From contig OX442314.1 in NCBI GenBank assembly GCA_949358305.1, positions 10,664,001-10,728,000 on the forward strand: a DNA stretch of 64,000 nt, written 5' to 3'. This DNA is from Strigamia acuminata (taxonomy: Eukaryota). A program made the translations under genes and the position numbers. The notes beneath the pieces were generated by a model that did not search any database, was not told the origin of the DNA, and was given only the letters and a program-made list of their open reading frames with translations. This document shows positions 53,960 to 64,000 of this stretch, piece by piece. Positions within the stretch are counted from its first letter, which is position 1, and each line of letters opens with the position of its first letter.

Positions 53960-55611
53960 TAGGGGGTTTCATTATATGAATGATTTTGCAATTTTGTGAT
54001 TTTGCATTAATCACAAAATCATTATTTTTTGATGCCTCCAAAAATGAGTTTACATTGAATTAACCCAGTCAATTTTGCAATTGTGTGATCTGGACAATTT
54101 TGTGATTTTTGAGTATTGTCATGTGATATCTGTTCTACCAATCACATTCACACTCACTAAAGCACAAAAGAGTAAAAACACAAAATCCCAAAAACATCTA
54201 AAAGGTAGTTTTTGTGATTTTGATAAGAAGTGATTTTGAGGCTTGTGAAACTCAAAACAAAATGGAGGCATCCAAGCTCTATCTAAGTGGCCAACTTGTA
54301 TCCTTGTATATCATCAAAATGCTGATGCATCCATGACTGTATAACAGCTAGAAAACTCAATACTTCGATTCGGGTAAAAAAAAGTACCGATTCAGGGCGA
54401 TTCAGGGCGATTTTAGCGGGTGCCCGAATGGAAATTCAGGCGGAAATGTTCGTCGCGTATCGTTTTTTATTGTTTTCTATGTCAAGATGAGCTCGGAAAA
54501 TTATGGAACCAAGCTCATTTTGAAGAGGAGACAATTCTGCACAAGCCTGTATTTTTTATTTTTTGATTCGGGCGAGGAAAAGTGCCGATTCGGGCCATCT
54601 TAGCGGGGGACCGAATGGGAAAATTTGGAAATTTGGTGCAGAATTTGGATTCGAGATTCGACCATGACAAAACCAAAAATTCGTAAAATTAACCGAATGA
54701 AATGTTTAAAACAGGTTTCCAGAGAAGAAAATCCCGCTGAAAACGATGGTACAGATAACTTTTTGATCGGATTAACCGTTGACTTTAAATTTTGGAAAAA
54801 ACGATCTTTTTTGGGTTGATTTATAAGAAAAAGTTGGAAAAAGTGGTTGGCATTGGTTTTGGTTTGGTGTGGTTTGGGTTTAGGTTGCATTATTATGGGT
54901 TTGGTTTAATTTTGCAAAAATTTATTTTATGATTTGGTTGTATACATTTGTCTGATCTATAGCTTTGGCTTTGTGGGTGAACAGCTAGTATTTATTAAAA
55001 TGCACCTTATTAAAAAATATTTTGTTCCATCACACAAATAAGAACTAGTTTTTTTGCATCACATTTTAAAATTGGTTGGATATAACTATAACCTAATATG
55101 GTGGATAGGAAGTCACGTGACTATTTAAATAATTGCAAAATTGCAAAATTATGAGATTGTTTTTGAAACTAATTATTAATCACAATTTGTGATGGCCACT
55201 TGGATTGAGTTTGGCTGCTGCCATTTTTGCCAAAATAGCAAAACTATACTCTTGTTCGACTCAAGAGTATACCCTTCTCCCATTGGCCGAGCCGCATTAC
55301 TCCTAACTACAGTCTGTATTACCATAGAGTAAAGAATCTCCACTAGGAGAAGTAGTTCTGGAAGTAGTTCTTATTTTTATTATGATTATTACTACATTTT
55401 TGGATCACTACACCAGTGGCCAATGGGAGAAGGGTATACTCTTGAGTCGAACATGAGTATACCTTTGATTTTGTGATTGTGTATTTTTTCTGTTTTGTGT
55501 TTTTGCAATTATGCACATGATTGGTGGAACTGATATCATGTGACAAATCCAAAAGTGCAAAATTGCTAAAGTTGCAAAATTACAAAATTGCTTAATTAAT
55601 GAAACCCCCTA
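53960..55611. mobile_element. TIR element hosting nested insertions
   Basis: Termini TAGGGGGTTTCATTA and TAATGAAACCCCCTA, with subterminal TTTTGCAATT/AATTGCAAAA repeats. Confidence 0.6.
55245..55461. mobile_element. MITE with ~44-bp TIRs, nested in 53960-55611
   Basis: TATACTCTTGTTCGACTCAAGAGTATACCCTTCTCCCATTGGCC and its near-perfect reverse complement ending at 55461. Confidence 0.8.
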
Positions 55612-56641
55612 CTATTAACAAGTGTTTCTGATGTTAGAAATAATGAAATAAATAAATTTCGCCTTTTGGTTTGTGTGTTACTGTTTATATACTTTTGAAA
55701 CGCATTATCTTCTAATTGTGCACCCGTGAACTATTTATAAAAAATTTAAATCCTATTAAATCTTAAAGATTTCAGCATTTCAAGTGAATTCCTTTTTCGA
55801 TTTTGCTCGATTTTGCTACATTTTGTAAGATTTCATGGATTTCTAGGATTTCAAAATCCAAAATCTTTGCTCATATCTTGTAAAATTTATTTTTGAACCA
55901 CATGGATTCCCAGCCAAAACATTACAACAAGGACAATAAAATTTTCTAAATAAAAAACTAAACAAAAATAAAAATATTAAAAATAATTTGAAACCCTTTA
56001 AGAATTCGTTGCAAGGCCTGGAAATGACAAGACTGGAAATGACTATATCCGAAAATCTAGAAACCACTTTCAACTCTGCCACTCACTTTCCACTTTGAAA
56101 CTGTGCCAATCTTTCGCTTTGTTTGATAAATAAATCAAAAACATCATTTTTGACTGCAATCCAAAACAAATTCGTCAACAAAACTGGATAACCAGCCATT
56201 ACTTTAATTTCCTTGCCAAAAAACAAAAAAAAAAACCCAACAAACAAAAAAAAGTCATAATGATTGGCACTTTTATACAAGGTCTTGCCCCAGATCAAGC
56301 ACCTCCATCTTTCCTCTTAATGTCCGCCACAACCCGCCCAGTGTCAGTGAACCATAGATGATCGAGATGTGTTTCGTCATCATTCCAACCGCTTCAAATG
56401 TCAACTTTGCAAGCGAGCAAAGTCCAAATTTAAAAATAAAAAAATAAAAATAAAAAAATTAGATAAAAATGTCCCAATTTCGTGGAAATCCCATTAAATG
56501 TGCAACAAACGTTCAATTTTCGCAACAATTTAACATTTTACAATTTTTTCTTATTGAAGCACATCTCTTTAAGCATCAAAATTGCTCATGTTAATAAGGA
56601 AGACAACCGGCAGACGAAAAAAGAAAACTTCCGGGAACTAC

Positions 56642-56712
56642 GCCGGTCTCAGTGGCTATAAGTGATTAGAATCTTATGCCTTTCAGGGCAAAGGACGCGG
56701 GTTCAAACACTC
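56642..56712 (+). mobile_element. Degenerate tRNA-derived SINE head or tRNA pseudogene
   Basis: A-box-like TGGCTATAAGTGA (56653-56665) and B-box-like GGTTCAAAC (56700-56708) at tRNA-like spacing. No intact acceptor stem. Confidence 0.4.
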
Positions 56713-57556
56713 AAAGAATAGTAATTTCTTCCCCCTTCAAAGCCAAATAAAAACCGCCATTCGTGTCCTTTAATTTAAAAATACGGTTCCCAAAGACAAC
56801 AATTACCAAGCAGGATTCACACCACATGTTGAAACTTTAGCTTCGCTTTCATTTGGCGCGTAGCAATTGGTTCACACACGGAATGAAATTCTGCGTTGAA
56901 TATCATAAGTCGTAAATACTCTGGACGAGGCGTCTGCAACTTGGTTGTCGACGATACTTGATGGTGAAATTCTCGTTTTGCAGTTTCATTGCCCATCGAT
57001 GGATTTTCACATGTCATAAAAAAATCACAGAGTGCCAAATTTTGACTCAACTAGCGAACACAAGTCAAGCAATACGCCAAGAGATAAATCACAGGTGGGG
57101 TGATTTATCACGATCGGACTTATCGCAGTGACTGATGAAAATGACATCACTTCCGGTCACCAAATATCATACTTTCTTTCACTGACTTATCTTGAAAGTC
57201 ACAAAAATGATGTCATTTCCTGTTATACCTTTCAGTGACTTGTCATAAATCACTTTAGGTCTGTACTGTTTATCACCGACGACCGTGATCGCATCTAATG
57301 GCAGTTGAAGATGTCTGCTATCAAACAATGTTTAACTATAATTTTTAGACGTTAGCTTTTGAACAACTTTCACCAATGGCGCTTTTATATTTATACCACT
57401 TGAGGTCCCCAAGACGCAGTGTGGATTTTAGCCCTTAATTCTACAATTTTGTATAAAACCTAAATCCAGGTCGGGGAAGCAAAAGACAGTTCGTAATAAC
57501 GAGAATTCGTAATAGTGAAATGATTTATAACGGAAAAAATAGGGCAGACAACCAAC

Positions 57557-57728
57557 TACAGTCAAAACTCTTTATAACAAATCGCGATATAACGAATTAT
57601 CGATATAACGAATACCTAAAAATGGCTGGTTTGGTTGGCTGGCCATAGAACACCATGTTAAAAAATTTCGATATAACGAATCGATTTTTCGAGTCCCTTG
57701 CAATTCGTTACAAAGAGTTTCGACTGTA
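57557..57728. mobile_element. pogo/Tigger-like MITE
   Basis: TACAGTCAAAACTCTTTATAAC...GTTACAAAGAGTTTCGACTGTA. A near copy lies at 58365-58552. Confidence 0.75.
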
Positions 57729-57969
57729 GTTGAAATGAGAAATTCATTATAACGGTGTTCGTAATAGCGAAGTTCAACCTCCTACATAAAGTGTTAATTT
57801 AGTGACTGAAGTATAATACTCATAAAGGCAAAAGCTAATTTTTGCGTTGTTATAAAGTAGAAACAGCAGTCATACGTATTTTTATAAATTTGAGGCCCCT
57901 ATGCCCAAACTTGCCGTTGACTTTTGCTTGTTAGTGTTAAAATGATCGTCTAAACCATGCATTTAGAAC

Positions 57970-58287
57970 TAGGTGCATTCCAAAACATTCGTTCTGGCGT
58001 GTCTCCAGTTTTAGCTTAGTTTTCATTCCTGCTGCAACTGCTACACATTTACAAATGCATTTATGACAGTATCACGTCAGACCAAGTTTTGAATCAGTTT
58101 GACCGATTATATTATGTGATAACTGCATAAGCCAAGTTGGCGCCAAATAACGCAAACAGACACCTGAAACTCGTGTCGTTACGTCTAAAATGCGAATCGA
58201 ATCATGTTTCAGTTTTACCTGACACAGGTTGCAGAAACACCAGGAGGATGTAACTCACTTAAACACGAGCGCCCTGGAATGCACCTA
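57970..58287. mobile_element. MITE with TAGGTGCATTCCA termini
   Basis: 13-bp inverted termini at 57970 and 58275-58287. Confidence 0.55.
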
Positions 58288-58364
58288 CTAAATTATAACA
58301 GATAAACCAGACGAAAAAACTTTTCACACGAGTAAATCATGCGCGTAAAAAGTGAATTTCGCAG

Positions 58365-58552
58365 TACAGTCGAAACTCTTTATAACAAATCGCGATATAA
58401 CGAATTATCGATATAACGAATACCTAAAAATGGCTGGTTTGGTTAACCGGCCATAGAACACAACGTTAAAAAATTTCGATATAACGAATTCTCGTTATAA
58501 CAAATCGATTTTTCGGGTCCCTTGCGATTCGTTATAAAGAGTTTCGACCGTA
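58365..58552. mobile_element. pogo/Tigger-like MITE
   Basis: TACAGTCGAAACTCTTTATAAC...GTTATAAAGAGTTTCGACCGTA. Confidence 0.75.
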
Positions 58553-60239
58553 TTGCAAACTAGCCTTTAGACTTAAAGTACCGTAAAGCTCCGAATTGTG
58601 ACCTGGTCCATGCAGTGGCCTGTAACCATTAAGCGTCCAGATGTTTATTCGGAGCAACAAATTCATTTTGCTTTTCTTTCGGACCAATGAGGCAATGACA
58701 TACTTGTGTCTTAGTAAAGCCGCGTTCTCACACAACACAAAAGGGATAATAACCTCAATTAATTCAGACCTAACTGAATTAAACATCCGGATACTCTTTT
58801 ATTTATTTTCTACACAATAACCCCTCTATATTCTATTCACCCAGCACCCTAAAATCCACACAGATGCCACAATAACACGTACAATTGGCCACGTGTCCCC
58901 ACTATATCCAAGCAGGACTATTCCACAACTGCAGACTGCTATATAGTGGTAAACCATGATTAATCTATGTTGCAATTGCATTTTGCAATAAAGTCGCTTC
59001 CCCTCTCCATTTTAACTCTTCTTTTTATGCTCAACAAATTGAAAACTGATAACACTTAATTGCCATCTTAATTCATAACACCAGATAAAATTTAACAAAA
59101 AAAAATTGACCTTTCAGAGGGCCACCATGCAAGCACTAAGACCGCCAACTCAAAACTGACAAGGATTTACCTCTTTATGATGGCGTAGTAGAGGGTACAC
59201 CTACGGCTTTACACAAAGACCAAAATTGTATTAGATTCGAAAGGAATCGTAGATTCAAATCTGTGTTTCAAAGTTGGCGTGAACTAGGAATTACAATCCC
59301 TCTTAAGTTAAGTACGACGTCGGCTTTTCTTACAATTACAGCATTGCTGTTGATTCAATCCAAATTGAAATTTTTTTTTAAAAAATTAAACACATTATAG
59401 AATCTTCATTTCACCATCCCAAGGAGGGTTGTTGGAAAAGGAAAAGAGAAGAAAAAGCCCTTAGGGAAGGAAATTCCATTCAAAAGGCCTAAACTCAGCT
59501 GACCCCAAGTCAAAAATTGGGGCTGATGGGATACAAATTAAGGGGTACAAACTCTAACCCCCCCCCCCCATACACATCATAAAAAAAGTGTTTTCTATTC
59601 AAAAGGGGGCTAAAAAAAATCATGGAACTCAAATTGCAGGTTTCTTTAGAAATTCCAAAACTCAATTTTACATGAATAAAAATCATGTGAAAAACAGCAC
59701 ATCCTTACAATTACACAAACCCAACCTCCAACATTATATTTTCAAAATTTAAAACATAAAAAAAAATTGTAAAAGTAAATTTCACATCTCATAAAAGTGA
59801 TTTTTGATGAGGTCAAGAATAAACAAACACACTTGATCCTGCTGGGTCTGAGAAGGAGAAGGTAGAGCAGATGTAATTTCATGTTTGGCCCAGCATCTGT
59901 TGCTTTCATTATCAACTCCCAGCTGAAGAAAACTCAAAATTGAGCCAGGAGGAAGAGGGTTATTTAAAGAAGAGCACCAAGGGCATCTGCCTTCCTACTG
60001 GGGAGCCAACAACCTTCAAATTGGTCCACAATAGATGCTGTTATATAAAAAATATAAATAAATAAATACAAAATAATAATAATAAAAAATAATGAAAACA
60101 ATTAGGCAACTAGATAAAGGCCACCTGTTATCAAACTCCAAATCTATGTATTTTATGAGGAAAAAAGGAAGAAAAAACATGGCGGCCATTTTTGTTTTTT
60201 GGAAAAAAGTAATGAAATTTTTTTAAATGGTTTTTACAA

Positions 60240-60822
60240 TAAATCAATAAAAATCAATAAAAATCAGTCCAAAATCAATAAAAATCAGCCCAAAATCAAT
60301 GAAAATCAGCCCAAAATCAATAAAAATCAGTCTAAAATCAATAAAAATCAGTCCAAAATCAATAAAAATCAGCCCAAAATCAATGAAAATCAGTCCAAAG
60401 TCAATAAAAATCAGTCCAAAACCAATAAAACGCATTCCAAAATCAATAAAATGAAATGAAAATCAGTAAAAATATACGAAAATTTTTGCAAATCAGTAAA
60501 AATAAATGAAAATTTTTGCAAATCAGTAAAAATAAATGAAAATTTTTGCAAATCAGTCATAAATCTATGAAAATCCGTTATAAATCTATGAAAATCAGTT
60601 ATAAATCTATGAAAATCAGTTATAAATCTATGAAAATCAGTTATAAATCTATGAAAATCAGTCGCAAATCAATGAAAATCAGTCAAAAATCAATAAAAAT
60701 CAGTCAAAAAACAATTTAAAAAAGTCAAAAACCAATAAAAAAAAGTCAAAAATCAATGAAAAAACTCAAAAATCAATGAAAAAACTCAAAAATCAATAAA
60801 TATCAGTCAAAAATCAATAAAA
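60240..60822. repeat. 20-21-bp A-tract arrays (AAAATCAATAAAAATCAGTCC)n and variants
   Basis: Directly visible; the source of the spurious low-complexity ORFs here. Confidence 0.9.
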
Positions 60823-61690
60823 CCCCCCAAATTTACCCATCACCCGATCACTTAAAAATCAAACACACAAAACAATGCAATTTCCAATCCCCTCTCCAAC
60901 AATTAATCAATTAAACCCAATTTCCCACATTCTCCCTCCACGTCTCAATCCTTTAATCACAAAAAATTCCCAACATCTTGATTTACAAAAGCTATTATTA
61001 AATCCCAAATAACAAGATATCAAATGGCCCTCCCAAAAAAAAAAGTTTAAAATTCCAGATAAACTTCTGGGATTGATACGTTGTCACGCAATGACATTCG
61101 GTTTGATCTTTCAGTTTGTTGATTACTCCAGTCCAGTGTGACACCAGTGTACATTTCCCCTTTTGTCTCATTACATACACAGCAGCTGATGAAGGTGCAT
61201 ATATATATATATTTATACTTTCATCTCCCCTTTTCCCCTCCCCATTCCCCATCCCCACCAACCCAATCCTAATCATCCAGCTCCCTCTCATGACTCACCG
61301 TACGACTGCTTTCCATCAACGACACCAGGCCTACATTCCAAATAAGGAAAAGACCTTCAAACAACACAACACTTTCATTTACAAACAAACCGTCCAAACA
61401 ATTAACAAAAAAATTGAAAATAAATCAAAATGGACGTTTATTTTTCATAAAATTCGTAGAATTTGCTCAAATTGTGCATTTTAAAATTGAAAAATAAATA
61501 AAATTCGTGTTTGCCTAAGCTAAAAAAAAAGAAAAACATTCCCTAGCGTCAAAATGTGCGGTTAACACGGGCCCATGAGCCTATGGGGCCCACGAAAAAG
61601 TCAATAACCATTTCCGCAAATGGAAAAAAAAAATTTTTTTTTTTTAAATAAAATTTTTTTTTTTAAAACAGAAAAAATAACCCAACTCAC

Positions 61691-61814
61691 CGAAAAAATC
61701 CTCCCATTGCATGGATCCATTATCCGAATCCCATTCATCGGGGCCTTGGTCCATGTATTCGGGATGTCCCGCACACCGATGCGGCCCGTTGTCGTTAGGC
61801 GGCGGCGAAGGCAT
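61691..61814 (-). CDS. Probable first coding exon of the PLEKHG-family RhoGEF
   Basis: ATG at 61814 encodes MPSPPPNDNGPHRCAGHPEYMDQGPDEWDSDNGSMQWEDFF, then a phase-1 GTGAGT donor at 61690 that matches the phase-1 acceptor at 37411. The exon lies in a CpG-rich patch. The joined CDS is 4242 nt (1413 aa). Confidence 0.7.
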
Positions 61815-63423
61815 CTAATCCCGCGTACCGACCACGATTTTCCCCCGGTTGGGATCCCAAAACATTTTTTTTTCACAGAAATCACAATTCCAACTCGATA
61901 TCGATCACTTACAATTCAAAGTTTAACTTTGTTTTCCTGCACGCTACCACGGCCGCATGATTAAACAGGACTGGATCGATGCCGGTTTACGTTCACGAAT
62001 GCACTCCGTTTGAAGAAACTAGATCAAACTAAGCCTTGTTTTTCAAACTAATGTTCAATATATCTGTGCACTTGCTGCTCAAATACTTTGGTAGCGCGTG
62101 CAGGCCCGCGAATCGTGTCTGTGGTGGCTGAACCTATTCAAACTCAAACTCACACACGAGTAAATGTAGCATAACCCGGCCCTACAGTTTACGAGTGAAT
62201 GGGCCTGTTCTAACAATGCCCCTCTACTCACTCACTGGCGCAGTCCATTGCCAAGAGGCGGTGCAGGATGGGAAATCCTACCGTCCCGAGATGGAAGTTT
62301 TGGTCTTATCTAGTCCTTGGTTTTGTTATTCAAATGATTCAAATTGTGATTCTTTTTTTCCCTAATTTTTTTTTTAAGATTTATCTTTGAAAAAATAAAT
62401 CAGATTGTACAAATGAACGTTCCATGTCAAATATTTGGTGAAATATTTCTCGTTTCTGAGTATTTCGACTGATTTAATGCTTTTTATCAGATAAGCGGCC
62501 CTGAGTCAAGATAGATCGAATTCTCCTTGATAAAACTCGACTTTTTCTAACGGCGAATTTATAAATTAAAAACACCGGAAACGTTTAATATCTCGTTTTT
62601 TTAATGGAATCATGCTCTTAAAAATGCATTTAACCCTGAACATGGTATTTGATGATGCGAACAAGTGTCATACGCGACCTCTATGAGTAATTTTGCGCAC
62701 TTGATCAAACAATTTACTCATTCCGGGCAATGGTTGCCGGTTTACAAACACAAAGGATTAGCAAATCGCAGGAAATTGTGATCACCCACAGATTACCAGC
62801 GGATATTTAACTTTACACGTATTTTTGTGACTCAGGTTTATTGCACTGCTATGGAAATGGTTGGTAATAAGCTTAATTGCTCAATGCCAGAAACATTGAG
62901 TCTTCACATCCATCAGGCAGTCATGACGCCCCCTAGAATAGTGCACTAAAATTATTTTTCGCAAACTTATGTAAAATTTCATGCAAAATTTCTTTTTTTT
63001 TCTTTCTTTTTTTTCTTTTTGTAGTTCATTTTTGGATAATTTAACGCACCGGTAGATGAAGTGGGGCGCGGAAGATCGCCTTGCTTAAAAATGGGTTGCG
63101 ACGCTAAAAAGTTTGGGAACCCCTGTTCTAAGCAATTGGTCGATTTCTAAAAACCGTGACATTTTTACATCCCGAGAAAGTATTTTGGAACAGAGACAAA
63201 GCATCCAAAACCGGGACGTCTGGTCACCTTGAACACGGGGCCCCATTATCAGTGGCATAGCAAGAAGTCAATGGGCCCAAGTGCAAGTTGGGTTGATGGG
63301 CCCTTTAGCAGAGTCATACCTATAGGATTTTCTGTATTTTGCATGGGCCCCCTAAATGGTCTAAATGGTCTAAATCTGCCACTGTACAGACTTGCTCATA
63401 ACAAACTTCAATTATTAATCCTA

Positions 63424-63809
63424 CCAAACCGATTCAACGTAGTCCTAACTCCCATTGGTTGACCCGGATTACGCCTAACTGTGGACTGTGCTCTACTATG
63501 CGGAAAAGTAGTTCTGTTTATTTTCAATGAATTTCAGTGTAAAAAGTGATTAGAATGATGGATTTTATTCATTTGGTAATAAATTATTTATTTCATTTGC
63601 TAAAGCTTCTCCCCTTTTAATCAATCAAACAATGTTAGCATAGTTTGTTAGTTTCATTTGGCAGATAAACAAAGGTTTAATTTTTTATTGGATCTTTTAT
63701 ATAGTTATAAGCTTATAACAATTCTGCTGTTATGGGTTACTTTTTTGTGCCACTAAACCAGTGATACGACTCAACCAATTGGAGTTAGGACTACGTTGTA
63801 TCTGTTTGG
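63424..63809. mobile_element. MITE with ~38-bp TIRs
   Basis: CCAAACCGATTCAACGTAGTCCTAACTCCCATTGGTTGA versus TCAACCAATTGGAGTTAGGACTACGTTGTATCTGTTTGG. Confidence 0.8.
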
Positions 63810-64000
63810 AGTATAGTTACCACACATTGCTAGACAAGATCGGTAATTTTTGCCTTCTTTTATTCAGGGAAAAAAATTACAGTTATGTTACTGTATTTTT
63901 TAACTCTTTGATCTACCATGGCTGTGGGAAGGTTAGACAAACCTTGCATTTCGCCGAGTCTAATCTCCTTTTAATGTCAAACCGCCCACTCAAAAGATCG

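Noticed and set aside
59178..59265. tRNA/SINE-like A-box and B-box traces
   Set aside because: The boxes are poorly matched and no cloverleaf can be formed.

Overview
AT-rich, intron-containing animal genomic DNA, most likely from an arthropod (CCTAA/TTAGG-type repeats, a variant ionotropic receptor). Three conserved genes are present. An EHD/Past1 ATPase (first coding exon, minus strand) sits head-to-head with a Yippee/YPEL5 gene, and a 13-exon PLEKHG1/2/3 (GEFmeso-like) RhoGEF spans 25495-61814 on the minus strand, with a 24 kb first intron. Between YPEL5 and the RhoGEF 3' end lies a ~21 kb accessory block bracketed by direct duplications. It contains telomere-like and A-tract satellites, a divergent ionotropic-receptor (IR) gene with a stop and a frameshift, and a full-length but inactivated BEL/Pao LTR retrotransposon (tRNA-Phe PBS, TATAC TSD, three nested MITEs). 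It also holds a DINE-1/HINE-type rolling-circle element, a probable solo LTR and a nested CACTG element. The most unusual features are: one hAT-type MITE family inserted independently into both LTRs with different satellite cargo; nearly all tandem repeats having periods near multiples of the helical repeat (20/21, 31, 41, 51 bp); and the duplication architecture around the accessory block. All calls come from reading the sequence by eye; no searches were run.
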